This document shows, piece by piece, positions 1 to 12,600 of a stretch of DNA of 64,000 nucleotides. Every line of letters begins with the position of its first letter. The first letter of the stretch is position 1. Below the pieces are notes generated by a model. The model had not been told where the DNA came from, made no database searches, and saw only the letters and a list, made by a program, of their open reading frames with translations. The position numbers were made by a program, and so were the translations under genes. The stretch is from Takakia lepidozioides (lineage: Eukaryota > Plantae > Bryophyta), in contig CM060733.1 of NCBI GenBank assembly GCA_030704615.1, forward strand, positions 23,622,001-23,686,000, in the 5' to 3' direction.

Positions 1-2231
1 GTGAAACGAATGACTGGATATGACTACATCCAAGGTAGCAGGTTTCCAGGGCAAGGCAGCGAATCCGATCGTTGTTACATTTTCAAAATGTCGACGTGTG
101 GGCCTGGGAGTGGAGTCGACTTGGTCACTCGCATGACAACTGGAAACTTGTCGAATGCTTGGGTGATGTTTGATCACATCAAGCGAATTACAAACCATCA
201 GTGGGTGACTATGGGTGCGCATGTTTATGACTATCACTCCAAGAGGCTCATGACGATTGCAATCTGCGAGATGAAAGGGGAGGACACACAGTCCGAGATG
301 CATCTGTGGGAGGGCATAAACGAGCAGATGGCAAGGGCGGGATTGCCAGAGCCCAATTTCAGGGGATTCATGGCAGACAACGCTCAGGCCAACTGGGCAG
401 CGGTGCGGCGTGTGTACGGTGAGGACCCCAATGTTCCAATGGAGGGGAAAGAGAGATCCTGTGGATTCCATTGGATGCAGAGTCTATCCCACTACACTAC
501 CAAATTTGTTGCTAGCTCATTCCAGGCTGAACACCGTGTCCTTTGTACGGCGTGGAAGGATGCACCCACATTTGATGACGCGGAGGTTAAGTTTGCTATC
601 ATCGAGGCTTGGTGGAACACGTCAGGTGCAGTGGAGACAACCAATCTGGGAGCATTGCACAGCTGGTTGGGGTGGTGGCATTTTCGGTATCGACAGTTCG
701 GACAGTACATGCGGGAGGTAGGCTGCTGTCAATTTCGTTCATTTGTCTTTCTGTTACGGACATTTCGATTGGTCCCTCACCGTTGTTTGTGTCCTTCTAG
801 GAGCGGTGCTTGGATTCCGACACGGACATGCCGAACACGAATATGGCAGAATCGGTCCACTCCTCCTGGCGAGCGTCTTCTGCCGCACATCTGGTGGACG
901 TAGTGACGGCCACAACGGAGGACATCGACAGAGCAATCATGCAGCAAGCCACGTACTACAAGTTCCTGAGCGGCAAACAATGGGGCTTTGGGCCGGACAG
1001 GGAGGAATTGTTGGTACGAACAGCTTCGAGGTCCAAGAATCCAGTGAAATGGGCGACAGCATTGCGAGAGAAGATCAAAGGGACGCCTCTGCACCGCAGA
1101 GGTGAACACCTAGAGGGGGACGTCCGGACTCGCCCTGTCAGGCGGAGGATTGAAGAGGAACCCGGGTGCGAAGAGGATTCCTGGAGATCCGACAGGAACA
1201 TTCGGACAGCACCTCGAGGTCCCGTCATGTTGCCGCACAATGTGTCTTCCAGCAGTGGAAGCCCAAGAAATTCCAGATCGCCGTCGCCTTCAACCGGGGA
1301 TTTCGTGCAACAAATTCCCACCGCTCCCTTGCCCCACATTCCGCCCGCTGTTATGCAGTATGGCCAAGCCATTGTGGAGACGACTGTGTCTGCCTCACAG
1401 TGGAGAATTGCTCGCACAAAGCCGTCGTTTCGAGGAAGGTGTTCCGCAATTCGTGTGGATACACGGCAACGTTGTTTAGAGATGATAAGGAGGAATCCAG
1501 ATGGGGCTGTCCCTGCTCCTACTTTTACAGGAAGATTTGTCCATGCAAAGTTTGCGGAGGCGACAACCACCCAGTTCTGGTTCTGCAGGCACGACATTAT
1601 GACTTGCGTGTATGGAAAGCCCAAGTACGGCATACAGACAATGCCAGAGGCTCCCCCGGTGTGGCCGGTGGAACCAGGCTGCGATCTGAGTCAGGTTGAG
1701 GCCGACGCCCTTACCGCCGCAGGATTTCGGATGGTGCAGCGCACTGACGTCCCCAGACAACCATTTCCGCTTCCACAGCCTCCACCACCGACCCCTGTGA
1801 GAGCAAGAACAATGGGACACGACAGCTCTAAGCATCCTACACACCGTTGGGGGAAACCGAAGAGGCGGCGACCTCCCTCAAAAGTGAACGAGACAAGGAT
1901 GGGGAATGCACTTCGGATGAACTGTACAATCCAGAGCTCGACAGAAGTGCCCCCACCAGGATTCGGGCGTGTGTATCAGATGGCCACGGCGGGCTCAGCT
2001 GTTCGCAATGAGGTGTACACCATCACCATTTCAGAATTACCCACCTGCAATTGCACCGACTTCCAGATCATGGCGAACAAGGGGGCATCATACTGCCCTT
2101 GCAAGCATTTGTACTACGTGTACCTAAAGAGACTCCGTTGTAATTCCACAACTCATCACTTCATACATGCACCAGGGTTGAGCCCCCAGGAGGTTCACAC
2201 TCTTCTGAATATGGATCCAGGGGACCAGTGA
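1..2231 (+). CDS. MULE-family DDE transposase with C-terminal SWIM zinc finger (5' partial; exons <1-717 and 801-2231)
   Basis: Motifs MFDH, FMADNAQA..AVRRVYG, CGFH (CxxH) and TNMAES, plus SWIM CNC..CKH. The phase-0 GT-AG intron at 718-800 joins ORFs 1..903 and 810..2231 in frame with no internal stops. Confidence 0.85.
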
Positions 2232-3009
2232 GCTTGGCTTGCGGTCCACATACAATGGTACGCCCATCCTTTTCGGATAGTAGAACTGTACTGCTGCCAG
2301 TACCTCAGACTCTGGCCACACAAAGGTCCGACATATGTCTTGCCTACCAGTAACCTGTTTTGATCGAACTAAGATATTACTATATCGTTCACTTGTTTCC
2401 ACGTGCATGTATTTTTGTATGTTGGAGGGTTCATGTTTTTCTGCTTTCCGAAAACTTGCTCTCCTCATTCGACCTCCGACAAGGAAATGCGGCGCCGAAT
2501 TTCCAAGTATCGTCGTAGGTACCCCCAGAGGCGGCCTTCGCCAACACCAAACCGCTCCGAAATTTCGCACGTGCGAACCCTAATGCGGCACCCTATTTCC
2601 CAGTTCAGTTGCAAACCTTTCCCGCCGAATACCCGAAGAAGACAGAATTGTGAAGTACTGCAGACTGTATTGGTGCAGACTCCATTGGTTCAATCGCGGC
2701 AAAAGGGTCAGCTTCATTCCAATGTTAAGGCATGTAAAACCGCGGAATACTCTATACAGGCCAGTATGCGACGTCCTTTTGCAGTGGAATACTGGATTTC
2801 CCGTTGCACGGTCACTTATTTCCATGAGCGGATCTATAAAACCATGAGCGGACTTGTTACTGACGACATATCTTCGCCGCATTACATGATCTGGAACGTC
2901 CAAAAACGGCAAGGTCAAATAAAAAACTATTATTTTAATACTTGTTTAATCTGCCGCATTTCCCAATTTGGAGGAGTCCGCTCATGAAATCCGCGTATCT
3001 TAGACTTCG

Positions 3010-3082
3010 GCTCACCGCTCATGCGGCTCATGCGGCTCATGGCTCATGGCTCATGGTTTCTGCTCATGAAATAGTAAACCTC
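3010..3082 (+). repeat. Terminal (TIR) region with GCTCATG subterminal repeats
   Basis: Tandem GCTCATG(CG) units followed by GAAATAGTAAACCTC. The reverse complement occurs at 11944 and a related sequence at 22211. Confidence 0.75.
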
Positions 3083-5140
3083 GCCCAACCCACATTAGCA
3101 GATGTGTTTCTGCTGGCTGAGCGGATTGAGCTCAACATAGTGGAGGAGCGAGTTGTTACCATTAGATTTGGCAAAGACATGCCTGCACGAGGCGCAGCTG
3201 CTAGCCCACAGGCACAAGGGACTGCCCAACAGCGTGGTCAGGGGGGCAAGGTTTCCCAACCCAAGTTCAATGGAGCTTACAAGGGACCTCAGGTGCAGAG
3301 GCCCATGGCATCTTTTGCAGGCCAACAACAACCAGGGGTGATATGTTGGACATGTGGAGGACCCCATGTCAAGAGAGATTGCCCAGAGAGTGGCAAAAGG
3401 CCGACACAAGCACAGCCTGCACAGTTGCAGTGTGGGCATTGTGGCAAGTATGGGCATGGAGATGCCCAGTGTTATGACTTGCATCCTGAGTTGCGCCCAA
3501 GCCAGTTCCAAGGGAACAATGGTGGCCGGGGGCGAGGTGGACCAGCCCAGAGAGGACGAGGTGGTCGGGCACGAGGTGCAGGCCAAGGGCAAGCTCAACA
3601 TGGCCAAGGACGCGGAGGTCAGGGTGTTGATCAAGGCATGGCCAACCGGCTTCAGCAGCTAGAGCAGAGGCTTGCTGCCATGGCTATAGCTCAGGCGGTA
3701 CTGGCTCCCAGGCGGGATGGTCCACCTCTTGCTCCTGAGGGAGGAGATATGGGAGACATGGGCTTTATGTGCGGAACAGCACTACCACTAGAGCAGGTGG
3801 AGTCTGCTGCAGCCGTGACTCGAGGAGCAGCACGAGTTCCTGAGCCACGAGGTGCAGAGGTGGAGTTGGATCCACAACGTGGGGAGGCAAGCCGTCAGGC
3901 GAGGCTTCCTCAGTCATTCACATTGGCGGAGACAGTGTCGACGCCATCCATGGCACCTAGTTCTCGCCCGACTGTTACCGAGGCGGAGGTTACTATGCCA
4001 TTGGGGAGAGCTACATGTGCAGCACTGACACCTGCTGCCAAGGCTAGTGCAGCCGGTGTGTTGTTGGGGGCAGCCACCTATGTGTGTCAAGCCCCACTGT
4101 TCTCAACAACCATGATTGCGACGCCGGGGGTAAGACCAGCTGCAGTGTTCAGACTAGCAGCAACACTCTGTGAGAGTGGGGAGGTCACTTCATCTTCTGC
4201 GGAGTTAGTGGAAGGTATAGTGGCAGAGGGATCCTCGGATTTGAGGGTCAAGACTGCCATGGTTGCGCCATGGCAAGCTGCAGCTGCCAGGTTGACGGAG
4301 CTGCCAGCTAGGCCAGCCTTTGAGCGCGCCATGGTGACACCTGGAGTTGTCTTGTTAGACAACCAGAGAGGCATTTTCACTTTGAGTGGACCGGCAGGCA
4401 AGAAGTACCGGCCGCTGCGGGTCTTGTTGGACTCGGGAGCTCAGCCATTGATGTTGGGCAGAGCTACTATTGCAGGTTTGGGCCTCATGGAGGCGGATAT
4501 GGAGCCTTGTCCTTTCCAGATACAGACATCTTTGGGAGGATCAGAGCAGGCTTGGGGCATGACACGGCATCAGTTGGCCATTAGACTGCAGCCGGAACAT
4601 CCTAGAGATGGCTCAGTGATGCGAGCCAAGGCCATTGTGACAGACGCGATCTCTTACGATGTCCTCGTTGGTGGGGCAGTGTTATATCCCATGGGCTTCA
4701 CCCTGGACTTTTGGGAGGAGTCAGCATCGTACAGGCCTGGATGGCAGTCAGGCGATGGTCGCCGTGCAAAACTCCCTGTGACATTCATTGGGGGTATTGC
4801 GGCTGCCCAGCGGGGCAAGATGCCAACATTAGCCGCCTTTACAGCTGCAGTTAGTTGGCCTGGAAAATTGCTGGAAGGCAATGCCCATGCAGAGGATGTG
4901 CCACCTCCAGCAGAGTAGGATGACATGCATGGTACGGCGGAGTTGCCTGCCATGGTTGCTCACACTCCATTATGGGGTACGAGCAAGGATTTGCAGCAGG
5001 CTGCTCATGGACGGGTACAACAAGCCTGGGTAGAGGCATTCGTACCGTCAGGAGAAGAGGAGAGTGCGGTAATTGCACCAGGACCACCTCAGTTGTCGCC
5101 ATTGGACACCACACCTCTTGTGTGGCAGTGCCCGGATGAA

Positions 5141-6200
5141 GGCATATGCCTGCTGGACTTGTGTGGCAGGATCAGCACTGGATTGGCTGTAAAACTGCAG
5201 GCAGGTATACGAGTTTGACGTTACTTGTATGTGGAAAGGGATGAGACTGCACGATGTGTCTCACTGCATCATGTTGCTCAGTTGATACAGCAGTACCCTG
5301 ATTTGTTGCCAGTGTCTGCAGTTCGTGGATACCAACAAGCCTTACCAGCAGACATTTCGTTGCTGGGGGAGCAGGATTTGGAGCAGGTTGGCTCCATTGA
5401 TCTGGTAGTGGCAGGTTGGCCTTGCCAAGGGCATTCATCAGCCGGGCATGACAATGGATTGTGAGACTCAAGGACGGGTCTGTTTTGGGAGATGGTGTGG
5501 GTTTTGCGCCACTTGTAGCTTCATCAGCCGGGCATGACAATGGATTGTGAGACTCAAGGACGGGTCTGTTTTGGGAGATGGTGTGGGTTTTGCGCCACTT
5601 GCAGCTTCATCAAGCTGTATCTCCAACATACATCTTGGAGAATGTGCCACTGATGGGCGATTCTCGGGCCAGGGTGATGGCCAGTGTGCATCAAGTCCGG
5701 TCGTGGCTTGAGTCAGCAGTGTTGCTGGATGCAGCTGCAATGGGGTCACGGGTTCATCGTCCACGGCTATGGTGGACTAACTTGATGCCACCCGCACTGC
5801 TCAAGCGTGCATTTGATGGGGTGCAGCGGCCAGCACACCTCATAGTGGATAGCATTTTGGACACAGGGAGGCAGTCTCAACGTGTCAGACACGATGACCG
5901 TTCGCCTTTGGCAGTGGTCAACAGGGTGGGTCAACCATGAGCAGCATTACCTACACTGCTCAGCTTCCCAGGATCCCATGCTTTTCCGGATGGTGGACCT
6001 GGCCTCCTGTGGGATGCTCAGTTGCAATAGTTGGTGGAGCCTAATGCCGACGAGCGAGAGCGGGCTATGGGATTTTCCACTGGGACCACGGTGGTGCCTT
6101 CTCTTTATGAGGCATCACGTCGTCAGGTGTTGGGGCAAGCAATGGATCTCAATTGCTTGACCTGGATTATCAGCTTGGCTATGGCTGAGCAACGTAGAGT
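5141..6200 (+). pseudogene. DNMT3-like C5-cytosine DNA methyltransferase domain inside pol
   Basis: Motif I LLDLCGRI, II YVERD, IV AGWPCQG (5411), VI LENV (5638), VIII HRPRLWWTN (5755) and X RRQVLGQAM, in canonical order. Confidence 0.88.
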
Positions 6201-9200
6201 GCGGAGTGCACTTCCCTTGACGGTCTCTCTGCCTACCGAGACGGTACAGGCAGCGAGTGGGGGCGAGCCGGTGAGGACCACGGGGTGTAGACATCCATGG
6301 CACACGTGGGAGGTGCTCGAGGTTCAGAGGGAGTTGGCAGCCAAGGCAGCTGTGATGGATGAGGTTGGGGATTCTTCTCGGGATGAGGAGGTTCTCAATG
6401 ATGAGATGATCAGGCAGGATGAGGCCTTGTCATTGACTGAGCAGGAAGGGAGTACTGCTCAAGAGGTTGCAGCATAGCAACCACGGGACGCGTCCTCTAC
6501 CTCTAAGCCCACTGGACTTAAGGTTGCAGTTACGGAGGACAATTGGGAGCCTGACATTGGACCCATTGTCACCAGAGGAGAGAGACGACGTATACGGCGG
6601 TTCCTGAGGGCTTACAGGAATTGCTTTGCCTTTAGTTTGAAGGACTTGGGAGCACTGAAGGGTCAAGAGATCCGTATTGAGTTGGCCACTGACACGCCAA
6701 TCTTTCGGAGACCCTATAGATACAGTGACATGGAGAGGTCTTTGATTCAGATGAGGACTCAAGATCTCTGGGAGGTAGGTTTGGTGGAGCTCACTGGTGG
6801 AGAGTATGCTTCAGCCACAGTGATGCCAGCTAAGAAGGATGTCTATGGCAATTGGACGGAGAGACGTATGTGCGGTGATTACCGGCCTGTAAATCGTCAG
6901 ACCAAGTCCGATAGGTATGCCATGCCGACACCAGAGGAGATCTTTGATGCCATTGGGCATTCCAAGGTCTTTAGCACGTTGGATTTAGGATCCGGATATC
7001 ACCAGTTGCCGATCAAGGAGGCGGATAAGCAAAAGACGGCATTCTGGGGGATCAATGAGCACGGGAAGGATTGCCTATACCAGTGGCGGTTCTTACCATT
7101 TGGGCTTAAAAACGCTCCCGCTGAGTTTCAAAGAGTCATGGACAGGATTCTAGCAGGGGTGGAGTTTGCTCGGTGCTACATAGATGACATCATCATCTTT
7201 AGTGCTACGGTGGAGGAGCATGAGAGACACCTTCAGGGGGTATTTGAGCGCTTGAGGGCGCACGGATTGAAGTTACATCCGGGAAAGTGCAAATTTTTCC
7301 ACAACCAGATTGAGTATCTGGGTCACATGATATATCCTGGAGGATTGGGGGTACAACAGACTAAGGTAGAGTCCATTGCACAGGTTCCACGCCCCACGGA
7401 TGTGAGCCGAGTTCGAGCTTTCATGGGGTTAGCAAACTATTACAGACGGTTTGTTAAGGGATTTAGTGCCATTGCAAAGGCTCTAACCAAGCTGACCAAG
7501 GTGGACCAGGAATGGCAGTGGGAAGATGAGCAAGAACAAGCTTTTCAAGAGCTCAAGGCGAGGTTGACCTCGACGCCCATCTTGAGACGACCTATCAGGG
7601 GGCGTCCTTTTCAGCTGCATACAGATTGGAGCATGCTGGGGCTTGGAGCGGTGCTCACAGAGGTGGATGATGAGGGAAGAGAGTTCGTAGTGGCTTATGC
7701 TAGCCGCTCGAACAATGCTGCAGAGTCTAAGTATAGCTCATATGAGGGAGAATGCTTAGCTGCAGTGTGGGCCGTGGCACACTTCAGGTGCTATCTATAG
7801 GGCAATCTCTTCACCCTTGTCACGGATCACCAACCACTCAAGTGGTGGATGGAGTCAGACAAGCTTACGGGGAAGCTTGCACGGTGGGCGCTCATCCTTC
7901 AAGAGTATGACTTTCAGGTGGTGCATCGACCGGGTTTGGTCAATCGCAATGCAGATGGGTTGAGTCGCAATCCATGCACGAGCCAGCAGGATGACACTGG
8001 AGCTCGGTGGCATGGTGAGACGGACGAGGAGATGGTGCCCGGATGGCATGCATCTGCATTTCTGTGTATCTTGGCAGCGGAAGGCCAGGTTGGACCTGCA
8101 ATAGGGATGACTGTAGATCAAGTGTCTGAGGACCCTGAGGCCAGCAATGAGCAAGGTGGCACCAAAGATATACATGAGGATTCAGTTGTGTTGGACTACC
8201 TCCGCACTGGAGACACTGCAGCCACTGTGACTACCAAGGAGAGGGATCGGATCCTACAACGAGCCAAGAGGTTCAAGTGGGAGGGGACACACCTGCTCCG
8301 AGTGTGGGAGGATGGTCGAGTGAGGATTGTGCCTCACCCAACACAGCGGGCACGGTTAGTGCGGCATGCCCATGAGGAGTTGGGGCATTTTGGGGTGCGA
8401 CGCACTCATAGTCTACTGCAGGGGCAGTATTGGTGGCGTGGTATGCACACAGAGGTGCAACAATTTGTGGCTAGGTGCATGGTGTGTGACAGGGTGCGTG
8501 CTTCATTCAACGCTCCTACTCCACAATTGCACCCTCTTCCGATCATGGGATTGGGCTAGAGGTGGAGTCTTGACTTCGCAGGGCCGTTTCCACTGACCAT
8601 GCGCCACAACAAGTACGTGTTGGTGATGGTGGAGAACTTCTCCAAGTGGATTGAGTTGGTTCCATTGCCTGATAAGGCTAGTGAGGGAGCTGCGTATGCA
8701 TTCTTGGATTGTGTGCTTAGCCGATTCGGTGCTCCAGCTGAGGTACTCACGGACCAAGGGAGAGAGTTCTTGGGGGAGTTTCAGGCTTTGTGTGACAAGG
8801 CCTTGATAGACCACCGCACCACTTCTCGAGATCAACCTGAGGCCGATGGCTTGGCAGAGAGAGTTGTTCAGACAGTAAAGAGGTGTTTGCGCAAGTATGG
8901 CTTGTAGAAGGGACACCTAGGAGATTGGGACCTTCAGTTACCCTGGTTAGCCATGGGCTACAGGTTCAGCAAGCAAGCATCACTTGCCTCCTTCTCACCA
9001 TACTTTCTTCTCTTTGGCCGAGAGCCTGATTTGCCTACATCCATTCGCAGAGAAGCTACTACAGTTCTTAACCTTGACGATCCGAACGTGTGGGCACGTG
9101 CATGTGAGCAGCGTGCAGAGTTGTTCAAGAAAGTCATGCCCATGGCTTTCGAGAACCTTGCCATTGCACAACACCGTGATACGTTGAGGTATGCTACCAT

Positions 9201-9468
9201 ACGTGGTGGGGGCTATCGTCCTGGGGTTTGGAGATTCAACCCTGGTGACTACGTCTATTTGCAGCAGACTGCTCCTACGACCTTGGATGTAATTGCAGGA
9301 CGTGTTATTTTGAGGGTTCGAGAGGTCTTGCTCTCAGGCGTCTTGGTCTTGGAGGGTTGGGATGGCATAACTTGGAAGGACCATGTGCGTAATTGTGCGC
9401 CATGTCACCTTCCGAATGTCGGTGGCAGTATTGACCCAAACCTGGCAGTGGTATCTGCAAGTTTGAGG

Positions 9469-9603
9469 TGCATGTTGTGTGGGTCTGCTAGAGGGGCAGC
9501 CACCATGCTGGTGTGTGATCGATGCTCTAGAGGTTGGCATATGGGATGCTTGACTCCACCTCTTGAGACGGTTCCGGATGGGGATTGGTTATGTCCACAT
9601 TGC
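9469..9603 (+). other. PHD finger at the integrase C-terminus
   Basis: CMLC..MLVCDRCSRGWHMGC..PDGDWLCPHC has the C4HC3 pattern. Confidence 0.92.
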
Positions 9604-9871
9604 ATTGGATAGTGGGAGTGGATACAACCATGGAAGGCTAACAAGCAACGCAAGGCCCAGCTACATGAGACCTTGAATACACGAGGTCCTGGCTCAAGTT
9701 CACAGATTGCAAGACGGCGACTAACGATGGGGCTACTCTTGTACCCGGCCTCTTGGTCAATAGAGTTTGAGTACAATAGGGACAGTGATAGAGGACTTAG
9801 TACGGATGTGGCTATTACATCTTGTAGCTATCTGGAGTTAGAGGGACCTATCCACCAGCTAGGGGGGCGAT

Positions 9872-10400
9872 TGTGGCAGACTACTTTATTGTGCATATAT
9901 GTGTGGTGTGGTTTGGACAGCGATGTAGTTGTGTAGCGATACGTATGCGCACGACAACTGTCAAGTTAAATAAGCACAGTGTGAAACTAACTAGAATAAA
10001 GCTAGTTATTTGTATTTAACACTTGGATTTAGGTCAAGTGTAAAATCAGGTGTCAAGTTTAGTTTGACACCTGAACTGTCTTATCTTCACGAGAGCGTCA
10101 ATCGCGCAGCTCATCTCTCTCGAGTTGAGCCTGCGCGACCGAGCTCCTTCATCGTTTAGAACTGAGTGTACTTATGATGGGAGGATAGGTTAGGTTGTTG
10201 GGGTGGAGTCCCCATAGCTTGGGGTGCCCCTGGCTCGACTATTATCTGAAAGAGTGATGATGAGATGGATTTCATGTTTCTTGTGTTAAGAGTGTGTTTC
10301 TAGTTTTCTATCGATTGTGGCAGACTACTTTATTGTGCATATATGTGTGGTGTGGTTTGGACAGCGATGTAGTTGTGTAGCGATACGTATGCGCACGACA
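9872..10400 (+). repeat. Probable 3' LTR with a 90-bp internal direct repeat
   Basis: Starts TGTGGCAG directly after the PPT and ends ACGACA. 9868-9957 is repeated at 10312-10401. The right boundary is uncertain. Confidence 0.65.
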
Positions 10401-11754
10401 AGGAAGACACACATACCCACGCCCCAAGTGCTCCGACAGGTACGCCCGTTGAGGGAATTACTTCGGGCAATATAGGCAGCTCAAAGTAAAATGACGACGA
10501 TGATGTGGCTGATGACGATGATGTGGCACTATGGCACCCTATGCGCGCTCCACGCTAAATTAGCTCTCGACCTTCCGTCGTCGCTAGAATATATTAAATA
10601 AACGTAAAGAATTTTGGGAAAAAATCCTTTGTATTTTGCGGGGCCTTATACTTGTGAACACCACTCTAGGGTTACGTGCAGGGAGGTTCACGAGTGGAAC
10701 GCACTCGCCAGGCTGTCAGCGACCCCTCCCTTCTTTCCCTCTTCTTTTCAACTTCTTCCCCCAAGCATTAGATGGGGCCCTGGAGTTGAATGCGAGGGAG
10801 CCGGTTCTGCCAGCATGGACCCCCCGCCACCCCATGCCCACCCCCGCCTCCGTCGCCCGCACACCGCGCGGCACGCCTCCCGCTGTGGGGACATGAGACG
10901 TGTCCTCACCCGCATCCCCATCCCGCCTCCCATCCTGGGCATGCCATCGTCGTCCATCCCCCATAGTACATGCTATCCCAAGCATACATGGTATCCTAAG
11001 CATACATTATGCCCTGTTTCAAAATCATTCTGACAGGAATTCAAACACTACAACAGATGAGCATTTTTATGACTGCAAATATGACTATTTTTTCAGTCAT
11101 ATATGCGTTCATGACTACATGACTCTGAAGTGAAAAAACCGGCGTGATAGCGACTAGTCTTTAGGACTGCGTTTTGCAAGTCATAGCCCTGACTGCGTGC
11201 GTGGCACCTGGAGTCATGTAGAAGAGAGTGATGTAGTCACAACTCTATAACTTACATATGACTAACTATATGACTACATTGTCTGCTGAGCGTTGCCTAC
11301 ATGGAGAGGCTTCAGTGGAATGCACCACTGCGCAGGCGACACGTCAGGCATCCGTGAAGGGATCATATGACTATATGTCTGCAGAGCGATGTCTACATGG
11401 AGAGGCGCCGGATGGACACGTGCGCCACTGCGAATTTGACACGTCATTTTAAAATATTTTTGAATAATGTTTTTAATTTTAATAAAATAAATTATAAAAT
11501 TACAACATTTAGATTATTAATTGACTTAAATTCTTCATTATATTTTTGGGAAAATAGAATGGAAGGCCAACGGGGCTTGTACAAGTCCTGCAAATCATAT
11601 TACAAAATTCCAAATTGGACAAGCATCCCCGCGGATGCCTCAAAGTCTAATGCGGAGCAAAAATTAAGCAAACCGACACAAGGGCAGAAGTTTTTTAATA
11701 CTACTACAGTTCTGGTACTACTAGAATGAAGGACTCTATTTACAACTATCGAGT

Positions 11755-11882
11755 GCAATACTCCTTACAACTGCATTTGGCCAACAACTCCGAAACGAAC
11801 TTGGTGGCAGTGTGGCAGTCACCACACACCCGAAGATTCTTCACGAGATGTAGAGACATCCCTGCAGCTCATCAGCCCAAAA
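11755..11882 (-). pseudogene. DYW deaminase domain fragment (PPR editing-factor relic)
   Basis: Manual translation gives LVKNLRVCGDCHTATKFVSELLAKCSCKEYC, which matches the DYW C-terminus with an internal deletion. Confidence 0.8.
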
Positions 11883-12600
11883 CCTCGATTGTCCCACCAT
11901 TGACTGGGGTTAGAAAAGTTCCACAGCTTCTCCTCGTCTCTGTGAGGTTTACTATTTCATGAGCAGAAACCATGAGCCATGAGCCATGAGCCGCATGAGC
12001 CGCATGAGCGGTGAGCCGAAGTCTAAGACACGCGGATTTCATGAGCGGACTCCTCCAAATTTGGAAATGCGGCAGATTAAACAAGTATTAAAATAATAGT
12101 TTTTAATTTGACCTTGCCGTTTTTGGAAGTTACGGATCCTGTAATGCGGCGAAGATATGTCGTCAGTAACAACTCCGCTCATGGTTTTTTAGATCCGCTC
12201 ATGGAAATGAGTGACCGTGCAACGAGAAATCCAGTATACCACGGCAAAAGGACGTCGCATACTGGCCTGTATAGAGTTTCCGCGGTTTTACATGCCTTAA
12301 CATTGGAATGAAGCTGACCCTTTTGCCGCGACTGAACCAATAGAGTCTGCACAATTCTGTCATCTTCCAGTATTCGGCGGGAAAGATTTGCAAGTGAACT
12401 AGGAAATGCGGTGCCGCATTAGGGTTCGCACGTGCGAAATTTCTGGGCAGTTTGGTGTTGGTGAATGCCGCATCTACCAGTACCTACGACGTTACTTGGA
12501 AATGCGGCGCCGCATTTCCTTGCCGGGGGTCGAATGAGGAAAGCAAAGTTTGGGAGAGCAGAAAAACAGGAACCCTCCAACACACAAAAATACATGCATG

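Larger units (their letters stand above)
1..3082 (+). mobile_element. MULE/Mutator-like DNA transposon, copy A (transposase-side arm; rest lies upstream of the window)
   Basis: Contains the MULE transposase. Similarity to inverted copy B stops exactly at ...CTCATGAAATAGTAAACCTC (3082 here, 11944 in B), which defines the terminus. Confidence 0.85.
3083..9612 (+). pseudogene. gag-pol polyprotein, one reading frame interrupted by nine stops and an 86-bp duplication
   Basis: ORFs 2942, 4925 and 5225 share one frame. ORFs 5578, 6031, 6637, 7849, 8599 and 8953 share the frame expected after the 86-bp duplication at 5434-5605. Confidence 0.9.
3083..10400 (+). mobile_element. Ty3/Gypsy LTR retrotransposon carrying a C5 DNA methyltransferase and a PHD finger; 5' part cut off by MULE copy A
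   Basis: Domain order gag (2 zinc knuckles)-PR (LLDSGA)-MTase-RT (YIDD at 7177)-RNaseH (HTDWS)-INT (HHCC, D-D-E)-PHD, then PPT AGGGGGGCGA at 9861-9870 and a TG..CA LTR. Confidence 0.92.

Noticed and set aside
718-903. C-terminal part of ORF 1..903
   Set aside because: Read-through of intron 718-800 and into the wrong frame of exon 2.
2942-3082. N-terminus of the 658-aa ORF
   Set aside because: Chance read-through from the MULE TIR into Gypsy gag; the same peptide appears at 11872-12084 from the other TIR.
10402-11450. GC-rich ORFs and short local repeats
   Set aside because: No recognisable motifs or element ends; left unassigned.
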